From: an uncultured Gammaproteobacteria bacterium | Lineage (GTDB): Bacteria; Patescibacteriota; Microgenomatia; Daviesbacterales; UBA10151 | Length of the DNA: 16,302 nt | Direction: 5' to 3' | Assembly: GCA_964522265.1 (NCBI GenBank) | Contig: CAZFVS010000003.1 | Coordinates: 17,445-33,746, forward strand | In this document: in pieces, positions 1 to 7,508 of the stretch | Layout: every line of letters starts with the position of its first letter | Numbering within the stretch: position 1 is the first letter of the stretch | Translations under genes and position numbers: made by a program | Notes under the pieces: model-generated | What the model saw: only the letters and a program-made list of their open reading frames with translations | Databases searched by the model: none | What the model was told of the DNA's origin: nothing

Positions 1-814
1 CTGCAGCATTAAAGATTGAGGAATAAGTGCCTGAGATAACCCCAATCAAAAGTGCCACCACAAACCATTTTATTGTCTCCCCGCCAAAAAGTAAAAGAGA
101 GAGCAAAACCAATACTACAGTTAAAGAAGTATTCAAAGACCTTGCTATAGTTTGAGTTATGGACATATCTATCACCTCAGTAAATTTGCTTCCCAAGTAT
201 CTCGGCAGATTTTCCCGAATCCTGTCGAATACCACTATCGTATCATGAACTGAAAAACCTATTACTGTAAGCAGTGCTGTCACAAACAGTGTATCTATTT
301 CTACGTTAAAAAATTTTCCGAAGATTGCAAAAAAACCTAAAACTACAACTACATCATGTATTAAAGCAATTATCGCAGCAATACCAAAACGGAAAGAGCT
401 TGCTGGTTTAGGCAGTTTCCTAAAAGCATAGGTTATATATAAAACTATCATAAAGCAAGCTAAAATAATCGCAAAAATCGCTTTCTGTTTTAATTCCTCA
501 CCTATAACCGGCCCCACATTTTCTTCTCTTCTTGTTTCAAATCTGCCGAATTGGTCATTTAACGAAACCTTTAGTTTCTGCAGTTCATCCTGTTCTATCG
601 GTTTTGTCCTTAAGATAAAACTGTTATTTTCTTCGGGGGTAATGACCCCATAATCCTTTAACTTATTTCTGTCAATATCTTTTTCAAATTTGTATTCCAA
701 AAGAGCTCCTCCTGTAAAATCTATTCCTAGATTCAACCCCGATGTCGCAAGATAAAAAAACCCCGGCAAAATCACCAAAGTTGACAGGATAAAAAACCAT
801 AATTTGTACTTCAT
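1..814 (-). CDS. secF: Protein translocase subunit SecF (C-terminal end runs off the window; absent from ORF track)
   Basis: Manual reverse translation from ATG at 814 (in-frame alternative ATG at 823) gives MKYKLWFFILSTLVILPGFFYL..GIDFTGGALLEYKF..NVGPVIGEELKQKA..IALIHDVVVVLGFFAIFG..LLTVIGFSVHDTIVVFDRIRENL. These are classic SecF motifs. The frame stays open to the window edge. The start lies 2-11 nt after the stop of the upstream ORF. Confidence 0.9.
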   Translation of the reverse strand, partial: MKYKLWFFILSTLVILPGFFYLATSGLNLGIDFTGGALLEYKFEKDIDRNKLKDYGVITPEENNSFILRTKPIEQDELQKLKVSLNDQFGRFETRREENVGPVIGEELKQKAIFAIILACFMIVLYITYAFRKLPKPASSFRFGIAAIIALIHDVVVVLGFFAIFGKFFNVEIDTLFVTALLTVIGFSVHDTIVVFDRIRENLPRYLGSKFTEVIDMSITQTIARSLNTSLTVVLVLLSLLLFGGETIKWFVVALLIGVISGTYSSIFNAA

Positions 815-825
815 CAGATGCATAA

Positions 826-1161
826 TTATTTTTTAGTATTTAATTTTTTGCTTTCCCTGATGTCTTTGTGCATTTCAACTTTCAAATTCTCCACAGCTTT
901 TTTAATTTTCTCTTCTACATTCTCTATCCTCTCTTGAAGATGCTTCCAACTCTTTTCATGGTCACCCAAATTAAGATATTGTAAAAGCAACAGCTTATCT
1001 GCTTCAGAAAGCTCTGACAAAACTACATCTAAAATATGATTGTGCACATTTGCATCAATCAGTTTAGCCAGTTTATGTTTTTCGTCTTTTGATAAATTCA
1101 TGCTGTCCAGTTCTATTATTAATGAGTCTATACTTATTATATGGCTATAAAAATACTTCAT
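826..1161 (-). CDS. Hypothetical small helical, charged protein (111 aa), no TM segment
   Basis: ORF track. ATG at 1159-1161 overlaps the TGA of the upstream gene (ATGA at 1158-1161). Its TAA at 826-828 lies just upstream of the secF start. I recognise no family. Confidence 0.5.
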   Translation of the reverse strand: MKYFYSHIISIDSLIIELDSMNLSKDEKHKLAKLIDANVHNHILDVVLSELSEADKLLLLQYLNLGDHEKSWKHLQERIENVEEKIKKAVENLKVEMHKDIRESKKLNTKK

Positions 1162-2027
1162 ATCAGTTTACTTTCTGTAACCTTTATCGGACCCAAAGGA
1201 ACCAGGTCTTTCGGATCATCAATAAAAAAATAAAGGACTGCCCCTTTACGGGGTCCTGATGCCAAACCCAGCACATGCATCACCTCTGGACTGCCGCCCA
1301 AATGTTTGCCTGTCCATTCGGCCGGCCCTGCATCCCCAACAACAGCCACTACCGCCTGTCCTGTTTTTGGGTTGACTACTAACATTTTACGGTATTTAAA
1401 AAAATCTCGGTATTCCGATGTCCTTTCAGCAAACCCCGAAGCCAAAAAGGTCTGGACCGCTAAATAATATCTCTCCCTCTCTTCGTCCTTTTGAGTAAAC
1501 TCTGCTTTTGACGGGGCGAAATATCCCCAAGCTCCCAGCGCAGGAGCGATACCGGCATCTCCGTACATCGCCCAATCCTGGGCTGTCCTGGCATGAGCAT
1601 ATAAATGATCCCCGGGGTATCTGTAAAGATGCTGCTCTCCACCAATGAAACCATACACCCTGTTTAATCTTTTACCTTCCAACTCACCTGCAACTTTAAT
1701 CCCGAAATCCTTAGATAAAACAGCTGCAACTTTAATCTCTTCTTCTTTTGACAGGTTCCTCATCTCGTTTGGTAATTTATCCAAAAGCTCAACTTTTACC
1801 AAAGCATTTTTATCTTCCTGGGCAAAAACTTTTGTCTGGTCTTCTAAGAAATGCGCTGCGGGCAAAGATAAACCAGGGGTGGTCAAAAGCATCAACCCTC
1901 CCAAGGAGCTTATAGCCGCCCTGCGGAGATGTCGGTCAATAAGCTTTTGGGTAATATCTTTATGCCGTCCCAACCATCTTTTCCGCAAATATTCATAGTG
2001 GGGTTTTTTAGACTTAAATAGTTTCAT
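1158..2027 (-). CDS. Hypothetical N-terminally membrane-anchored or secreted protein (289 aa), possible RlpA-like double-psi beta-barrel motif at the C-terminus
   Basis: Basic N-terminus followed by a hydrophobic stretch (RRAAISSLGGLMLLTTPGLSLPAA). The C-terminal segment MLVVNPKTGQAVVAVVGDAGPAEWTGKHLGGSPEVMHVLGL resembles the V-x-V-x-D-R-G-P...iDLS..a...LG pattern of RlpA/DPBB domains, but with substitutions. Family assignment is weak. Confidence 0.5.
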   Translation of the reverse strand: MKLFKSKKPHYEYLRKRWLGRHKDITQKLIDRHLRRAAISSLGGLMLLTTPGLSLPAAHFLEDQTKVFAQEDKNALVKVELLDKLPNEMRNLSKEEEIKVAAVLSKDFGIKVAGELEGKRLNRVYGFIGGEQHLYRYPGDHLYAHARTAQDWAMYGDAGIAPALGAWGYFAPSKAEFTQKDEERERYYLAVQTFLASGFAERTSEYRDFFKYRKMLVVNPKTGQAVVAVVGDAGPAEWTGKHLGGSPEVMHVLGLASGPRKGAVLYFFIDDPKDLVPLGPIKVTESKLI

Positions 2028-2058
2028 TTTATCTGTAAAAATTAAAATTTTTCATAAA

Positions 2059-3027
2059 TTAAACTCTAATTAACTTTTCCAACCACGGGATATTTCCATT
2101 TTTCCTTTTCCACCATAGATCTTCCCAAATATAATGAACTGCCAACTGTTTATATTCTCCAAATCTTTCAAAGTATTCTAAAATTTTTTTTACCGGTACG
2201 GGATCTTCTGGATCTTTATCAAAAAATAGCTTCGAATAAATCTTTTGTTCCCAAGGCGAAACATGGTTGAAGAAATCCCAATGGTGGAATACATCAAAAA
2301 GTAAATACCAAACTGTAGCAGGTCCCACACCATAGATTTTTAATAATTTTTGCATCTGTGTCTCTCTATCGTCTTTTCTTAACTCCATTTCATCTATTAA
2401 TCCATTGTCAAACTGGTCATCAATGATTTTTATTGACTTTGCCCTATAACCTACCTTTAAGGCTCGTAAATCTTTTTCTGAAATATTTTTTAGAATGCCA
2501 GCTTTCCAGAAACACCATAACTTCTTGTCATCAAATTCAACCTCCATTCCGTATCTCTCCAGTAAGGCTTTAAACATCTGAATTGAGCGTCTAACAGTAG
2601 CATTTTGCAAAACAACCCCAATAATAAGGTATTCATATAAAGAGCTGGGGTGTCCTGGCCTCATCCCACGCCATTTTTTGATAATTGAGCCTAAAATTTT
2701 GTCTTGTTTAAATTTTTTATAAAAATCATTTAAATCAAGATCGAGATTGTAACTGTATTTCAATTCCGAAATTAAACTATCCATTAAATCTTTAGCTAGT
2801 GGTTTTTGGGAGTAAACCTGAACCGATATTTTTGGCGCGTCAATTGTGCCTTTATTTTCAAACTTAATTCCCAAACAATCACCCCGAAAATTCCAGGTCT
2901 GCCATTTTATCCCAGGCTCCCAATAGTTATCATCAGAAGTAAAATGGTCTGGTTTATGTAAAGTTGCATCAAAATTAAAGGGGTTAACAGGTATAATATA
3001 TTTTTGTATAACTTCTTTAAGTTTCAT
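2059..3027 (-). CDS. HhH-GPD superfamily (AlkA/Ogg-like) DNA glycosylase-like protein
   Basis: IIGVVLQNATVRRSIQMFKALLERYG (helix preceding HhH), LRALKVGYRAKSIKIID, and the helix-hairpin-helix LLKIYGVGPATVWYLLF match the AlkA/Mag/Ogg architecture. ATG 3025-3027 overlaps the secD TGA (ATGA). Confidence 0.6.
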   Translation of the reverse strand: MKLKEVIQKYIIPVNPFNFDATLHKPDHFTSDDNYWEPGIKWQTWNFRGDCLGIKFENKGTIDAPKISVQVYSQKPLAKDLMDSLISELKYSYNLDLDLNDFYKKFKQDKILGSIIKKWRGMRPGHPSSLYEYLIIGVVLQNATVRRSIQMFKALLERYGMEVEFDDKKLWCFWKAGILKNISEKDLRALKVGYRAKSIKIIDDQFDNGLIDEMELRKDDRETQMQKLLKIYGVGPATVWYLLFDVFHHWDFFNHVSPWEQKIYSKLFFDKDPEDPVPVKKILEYFERFGEYKQLAVHYIWEDLWWKRKNGNIPWLEKLIRV

Positions 3028-4340
3028 TTTATTACTAGCCTCAAAAATGTTTTTGTCACAACCAGCGCTGTAAACATAGAAACCAAAACACCTATTGCCA
3101 GTGTCAGGGCAAAACCTTTAACCGGCCCTGTCCCCAAAAAGTATAGTATCGACGCTGTTATAAGCGATGAGATATTTGAATCCCGGATGGAAGTCCAGGC
3201 TCTTTTGAAACCTGCATCAAGTGCTCCGGCAGCAGTCCTGCCCCATCTTTTCTCCTCTTTCATTCTTTCGAAAACTAAAATATTTGCATCAACCGCCATC
3301 CCGATAGATAAGACAAAGCCTGCAATCCCTGCTAAAGTCAGCGTCACCGGAGGCAATATGAAAAGTCCGGTTTTGAATATCGCCAGTACAAACAGCGAAT
3401 AAATAATAAGTGCCAAATCTGCTACTATACCCCAAAGACCATAATACAAAGCCATATACACTACTACAATTGACAGCCCCAGGATACCGGCAACCAGGCT
3501 TTTATTGATAGATTCCTGGCCTAACGATGCGCCAATCGATCTCTGTTCTATAATTTTTATTGGGACAGGCAAAGCTCCTGCATTAAGTTGAATTGCCAGT
3601 TTTTTAGCCTCTTCCGTGGTAAAAGTTCCGGATATCACAGCACTGCCTCCCGCTATCTCCTGTTGAACAACCGGTGAAGAAACAATTGTGTCATCCAAAA
3701 ATATCGGCAGTTCACGCCCGACATTTCTTTTGGTGATCTCTGCAAACTTCTTGGCACCACTATCATTAAACTCCACCGATACCTGAGGGCCTGTTTTGCC
3801 ACTCCCTCCGGAACCAAAAGTCACCTGGGCCTTTCTCAGATCTGCCCCAGTCAAATCGGTGGGCTTTGCAAAATAGACCGCTGGAATCCCGGATTTAGTT
3901 GCCTCAGCGGAAAAGGTTGCAGGAAGTTCCCTGAAATCCAACTGGGCAGTTTTACCCACCAAAGATGCTGCAGCACTGGCATCTTTTACCCCAGGCAAAT
4001 CAACTAAAATTCTCCTGCTCTCCCCTATTTTTGATGATTGCACCACAGCTTCAGATACCCCGAACAGGTTAACTCTTCTTTCGATAACCTCCCTGGCAGA
4101 TTCTAATGCTTTGTCGCGATCCTCGGCTTTAATTTTATCCATCTGAGTCTGTAAAACAAGCTGGGTTCCTCCCTGCAGATCCAAACCCAATTTGAGAGGG
4201 AAAATCCCGATGAATTTTTCAGAACTAATCTGTTTACCAAGTTGAGGTATTTTAATCTTAAATGAAATTTTTGGAAGGTCCACAAAGGAGCCTAGTAAAA
4301 CCAAGATGATAATCACCCATAAAAGGGTTCTGGGCTTCAT
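3024..4340 (-). CDS. secD: Protein translocase subunit SecD
   Basis: N-terminal TM, LGLDLQGGTQLVLQ motif, large periplasmic domain, and a C-terminal 5-TM block (IEQRSIGASLGQESINKSLVAGILGLSIVVVYMALYYG..AGIAGFVLSIGMAVDANILVFERMKEE). Confidence 0.92.
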   Translation of the reverse strand: MKPRTLLWVIIILVLLGSFVDLPKISFKIKIPQLGKQISSEKFIGIFPLKLGLDLQGGTQLVLQTQMDKIKAEDRDKALESAREVIERRVNLFGVSEAVVQSSKIGESRRILVDLPGVKDASAAASLVGKTAQLDFRELPATFSAEATKSGIPAVYFAKPTDLTGADLRKAQVTFGSGGSGKTGPQVSVEFNDSGAKKFAEITKRNVGRELPIFLDDTIVSSPVVQQEIAGGSAVISGTFTTEEAKKLAIQLNAGALPVPIKIIEQRSIGASLGQESINKSLVAGILGLSIVVVYMALYYGLWGIVADLALIIYSLFVLAIFKTGLFILPPVTLTLAGIAGFVLSIGMAVDANILVFERMKEEKRWGRTAAGALDAGFKRAWTSIRDSNISSLITASILYFLGTGPVKGFALTLAIGVLVSMFTALVVTKTFLRLVIK

Positions 4341-4921
4341 ATCAATACTCTCTCAAGCATCTCTTTCTCGTCTCCAATTAACATAATCTTAGGCTGTACT
4401 AAAACCCTTAAAATAAACGGGTCTCTACGTCTGACCCTAAAATTAAACTCGGCTTCATCCATAAATGAATAGTTGATTTCTCTTTCCCTTTTTGCCTGTT
4501 CGTCTGAAATATCTGCTTGGAGCTCAGGTAAAACTATCTGTCCGACTATTAAAAAATCAACGTCTTCCTGCCCTGAAGGTTCATTCTTAACAAATCTGCT
4601 GGAGATAAACGCGAACTTAACTCTCCCCAGTTTGCTGCGGTTTCTGATTATTGCACCTCCCAAACCTGTAGATTTCACAACTAGTGCTAAAAGTTCTGGA
4701 TAGAAAACATAATCTTTTCTCCATCTATAAAGTCTTCTGTTAGCCCGCCATTCTGACACAACCATACCAAACTTTTCCATCCGCGCCAGTTCGCGTCTTA
4801 CGGCATTAATTTCCTCCTCCACCCGCCTGACAATCTCCCGGACGTGAAACATGAGTTCCTCTGAACCTAAAAATAGTTTGAGTAATTTAACCCGGACCTT
4901 AGAAACAAATAGTTCTTCCAT
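4337..4921 (-). CDS. Winged-helix (ArsR/MarR-like) DNA-binding protein with an uncharacterised C-terminal domain
   Basis: The N-terminus VRVKLLKLFLGSEELMFHVREIVRRVEEEINAVRRELARMEKFGMV looks like wHTH. The ORF track starts at TTG 4924; I prefer ATG 4919-4921, which is preceded by AAAGGTGGTG (SD) 6 nt upstream. The TGA overlaps the secD ATG (ATGA at 4337-4340). Confidence 0.55.
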   Translation of the reverse strand: MEELFVSKVRVKLLKLFLGSEELMFHVREIVRRVEEEINAVRRELARMEKFGMVVSEWRANRRLYRWRKDYVFYPELLALVVKSTGLGGAIIRNRSKLGRVKFAFISSRFVKNEPSGQEDVDFLIVGQIVLPELQADISDEQAKREREINYSFMDEAEFNFRVRRRDPFILRVLVQPKIMLIGDEKEMLERVLI

Positions 4922-4956
4922 CAAACACCACCTTTCTGGGTAGAAATTTTTTTTAA

Positions 4957-6171
4957 CTAATAACCAACTTTAGACCCCTCCGGGACAGTCTGGATCCAAA
5001 TTTGGCCTTTCACAAAACTTACTTCCTGACCATTTTTATCTACAAATTTCTCACGGGCTGTTCTGTTTGCCTTTATCCATTTACCTTCGATTGCATTACC
5101 GTTTTGAAACATTAATGCTTTACCCTCACCTTTGGTGGCATAAAGCAGATGTACATTATTTTCATACCCATCATTGGCACTCGATTCCTTCAGGAATTGC
5201 ACGACAATATTACTTGGGCTAAGCTGTTTTTTGTTATTAAAGTCCAAATGGTCCACCCCGCCATTTTTCCTTTTGTAACAGTTGCATGACCCGTCATAAT
5301 TCCAGGAAACTGTATAATCGTTTTGTTTTTCCCAAAAAGTAACATCAATTTTTGTTGTCAATCCGGACTTTTCAGCATCTTTAAACTTCCATGGAGTAAA
5401 TTGACTATCCCATTTAAGCCCTGCTGAATCAGTAGCAGTCCAACCTTTTTTAGCACCTATCTCCCAAAGTTTTTGGGTTGTAGAGTACATAGTATGTTCC
5501 GTGGCAACAGCATGGCCAAGCCGCTGGTAATCCCTCCAAAAAGTCGGAAACCCAATACCAAACTGGTTTAAATCTTTAATCTTGTACCGGATAATTTGTC
5601 CTAAAGCATCAGCAGGAGCACCATTCTGACAACCGGGGGCAGTTGGCCCACCGGTACAATTTGCCCCTCCGACATGGGCATATAATGCATCATATTCGGA
5701 CAGCCAATCTAAAAAATATGTCCTGGCTGACCTGACAGGACCAACTTGCACATCTGACAGATTGCAGAGAAATACCGCCATAAAGCGGGTGATTCCCCCC
5801 TCAGCCACTGCTTCATAAACTACATCTGCCTTCGACAACCCTGACTGCGGCCTTGCTTCAACATGATTCTCAACCATAACCGCCAGCGGACGCCTCAACT
5901 CCCAGGATTGTCTAGCCTCTTTAGAATGCATTGCGCCGTTTAAAGGACAGGCTTCAGTTTTTGGTACAGACGGGTCTTCCTCCACACTATTTGCCGGACC
6001 AGGCAATGATGTTGTCAATCTCCCCCCCCCTGTCTTGCTGCTGAGCGCCGAGAAAAAGGAATAGGAAACCACTGATGAAACAGCGTAGATTATTATTGTC
6101 ATTATGGCAACCATTAAGCTGGTTTGTGTTGTTGTGAAATTTTGCAGCATTGTTATCTGTTTCATAAGCAT
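4957..6171 (-). CDS. DUF3048 (YerB-like) secreted or membrane-anchored protein
   Basis: RPLAVMVENHVEARPQSGLSKADVVYEAVAEGGITRFMAVF is the signature N-terminal block of DUF3048. An N-terminal hydrophobic anchor is present (LMVAIMTIIIYAVSSVV). The start is uncertain among several in-frame Met codons (6171, 6165, 6150). Confidence 0.8.
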   Translation of the reverse strand: MLMKQITMLQNFTTTQTSLMVAIMTIIIYAVSSVVSYSFFSALSSKTGGGRLTTSLPGPANSVEEDPSVPKTEACPLNGAMHSKEARQSWELRRPLAVMVENHVEARPQSGLSKADVVYEAVAEGGITRFMAVFLCNLSDVQVGPVRSARTYFLDWLSEYDALYAHVGGANCTGGPTAPGCQNGAPADALGQIIRYKIKDLNQFGIGFPTFWRDYQRLGHAVATEHTMYSTTQKLWEIGAKKGWTATDSAGLKWDSQFTPWKFKDAEKSGLTTKIDVTFWEKQNDYTVSWNYDGSCNCYKRKNGGVDHLDFNNKKQLSPSNIVVQFLKESSANDGYENNVHLLYATKGEGKALMFQNGNAIEGKWIKANRTAREKFVDKNGQEVSFVKGQIWIQTVPEGSKVGY

Positions 6172-6176
6172 TTGAT

Positions 6177-6641
6177 TTACTGGCTGCTGATTGCTTTTTG
6201 TATTACCTCCTGTTCTTCCTTGGACAATTCCAACTCGCTTTTGCCGTTTTCGATCAGTTTTGTATAAATTCTTGTACCAGACCTGGAATGTAAACTTGTC
6301 AATACTAACCCATTAAGTTTACGGTTTAAAAACAATATTGAAAAACTTTGGTCTCCTCCTGTATCTTTATACGGGTTATATCTTACAATATCAACCCTTT
6401 GGATATATTCCAAACACTCTCTGGACAATTTTTTAAAATTGTTGTTTAAAACCATTTCGGTTTTACTGAAACCCTCAATTGAATCCAATACCTCTTTAAA
6501 CTTATTCCTTATATCCCGATCCTGGGATTTCGGAAAAAGTTTATGCAAAAAATTCCTTTCCTGCAAAAATAAGTAACTCAACACTAACAGCCAAATAAAC
6601 AAAACTAAAAATGTCAACTCTGCTGCTCCAGTCGAATACAT
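6177..6641 (-). CDS. DUF4446 family protein
   Basis: N-terminal TM plus VRYNPYKDTGGDQSFSILFLNRKLNGLVLTSLHSRSGTRIYTKLIENGKSELELSKEEQEVI, matching the conserved DUF4446 core (RYnpF.d.GG.qSFs.alLd..g.G.v..s...R). Confidence 0.8.
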   Translation of the reverse strand: MYSTGAAELTFLVLFIWLLVLSYLFLQERNFLHKLFPKSQDRDIRNKFKEVLDSIEGFSKTEMVLNNNFKKLSRECLEYIQRVDIVRYNPYKDTGGDQSFSILFLNRKLNGLVLTSLHSRSGTRIYTKLIENGKSELELSKEEQEVIQKAISSQ

Positions 6642-6681
6642 AAGTTACTCTATTTTTAAGTTTATCTGATATGGTATTATT

Positions 6682-6725
6682 TTGTCAATTGAAGGGTTGA
6701 CAAGGCTCTCCAGGCATGTTAGGCT
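6682..6725. promoter_or_regulatory. Putative divergent promoter pair built on the inverted repeat TTGTCAA-N8-TTGACAA
   Basis: Plus strand: TTGACA (6697-6702), 17-nt spacer, TAGGCT (6720-6725). Minus strand: TTGACA (6688-6683), 18-nt spacer, TAAACT (6664-6659). The two -35 hexamers are the two arms of the inverted repeat. Confidence 0.3.
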
Positions 6726-6765
6726 CAAATAGGTTCAGCTTCGCTGATCCTGCAAGAATTCCACT

Positions 6766-7044
6766 ATGATTAAAGTTTCTTTGGAACAAAAAAGGTTGGA
6801 GTCTTTAAGACGCCAGCTGTATGGTAGTTCGGACAAACCCAAAAAAACTCAAGTTCATTATTATAAAAATCAAACTTTCCCCAATATTGGCATTCAAAAC
6901 CATTCCGGACCCTCCATGTCTTCTGAAATCATATATCTGCACCAGGATTTAAAGAAAATCTTTATTTTGACAGCATTTGCGCTTGCCGCACAGTTATTGT
7001 TATACTTAAGCCTTAAAATGAGATTTATCCATTTAGGCTTTTAA
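6766..7044 (+). CDS. Hypothetical protein (92 aa) with a C-terminal TM helix
   Basis: ORF track. Only plus-strand ORF not shadowing a stronger gene. C-terminal hydrophobic helix IFILTAFALAAQLLLYLSL. No SD upstream. Confidence 0.35.
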   Translation: MIKVSLEQKRLESLRRQLYGSSDKPKKTQVHYYKNQTFPNIGIQNHSGPSMSSEIIYLHQDLKKIFILTAFALAAQLLLYLSLKMRFIHLGF

Positions 7045-7078
7045 AAAGTCCTAAATTTGAGAGGAGGTGAGTTGAATA

Positions 7079-7222
7079 ATGCAGATGTATTGTGTTAAGT
7101 GCCGCACGAAAAGAGATGCAAACGATGTCCAAAGCGTAACAATGAAAAACGGTAAACAGGCAGCTAAAGGTGTTTGTTCAGTCTGTGGCACAGGAATGTA
7201 TAAGATTGGTGCTGCAGTATAG
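7079..7222 (+). CDS. DUF5679-type small zinc-ribbon protein (47 aa), not in ORF track
   Basis: Manual translation gives MQMYCVKCRTKRDANDVQSVTMKNGKQAAKGVCSVCGTGMYKIGAAV*. It has a CxxC..CxxC pair and the conserved VTMKNGK core typical of DUF5679. A strong SD, GAGGAGGTGA at 7061-7070, lies 8 nt before the ATG. TAG at 7220-7222. Confidence 0.75.
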   Translation: MQMYCVKCRTKRDANDVQSVTMKNGKQAAKGVCSVCGTGMYKIGAAV

Positions 7223-7354
7223 CAGTACAATCTTGCGAGAACTTCGCTACTATTTGAGCGAAGCGAGAAGAGCTTTAGCTCATTGAAATTGATATTTCAA
7301 TAGTGCTACGTTCTTTTAAAATTGGCGCAGCTGTTTAAGCAAAGCCAAAATCTA

Positions 7355-7386
7355 AAGAAACCCCCATTTTTCAGGGGGTTTTTTTA
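7355..7386. terminator. Bidirectional rho-independent terminator between convergent units
   Basis: AAAGAAACCCCC-attttca-GGGGGTTTTTTT: a 5 G:C stem extended by A:T pairs, with a T7 tract on the plus strand and TTTCTTT on the minus strand. It lies between the DUF5679 gene (+) and proline dehydrogenase (-). Confidence 0.7.
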
Positions 7387-7426
7387 GATCGGACCGAAGC
7401 TTGTTTCGGGCGAGGGAGATCGCTTG

Positions 7427-7451
7427 CCACAATTAGTTTACATAATTGTGG
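7427..7451. repeat. Inverted repeat CCACAATTA-N7-TAATTGTGG
   Basis: Perfect 9-bp arms read directly from the sequence. It sits in the 3' UTR of the proline dehydrogenase gene. The arm shares ACAATTAGTT with the 36-bp palindrome at 14334-14369. Confidence 0.8.
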
Positions 7452-7508
7452 ACAAGGGAGTCTGATTGATATCATTCGTAAAGTCCATTGGGCTTTGACA
7501 AGAGAGTA

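Noticed and set aside
4922-4924. TTG start for the wHTH gene as given by the ORF track.
   Set aside because: The adjacent ATG (4919-4921) sits 6 nt after GGTGGTG and is the more likely initiation codon.
6425-6442. ACAATTTT-TT-AAAATTGT inverted repeat, resembling the ACAATT arms of the two large palindromes.
   Set aside because: It lies inside the DUF4446 coding sequence and consists almost entirely of A/T. That composition is expected by chance here, and it lacks the ACAATTAG core.
7271-7320. Possible tRNA, because of a TAGCTCA-like D-loop string (gctttagctca).
   Set aside because: There is no T-loop (GTTCRANYC), no acceptor-stem complementarity, and no cloverleaf that I could build. The local structure is just an AT hairpin (7282-7301).
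7494-7499. TTGACA hexamer on the plus strand near the PRODH stop, as a promoter.
   Set aside because: There is no -10 element at 16-18 nt spacing. It would only drive antisense transcription into PRODH.
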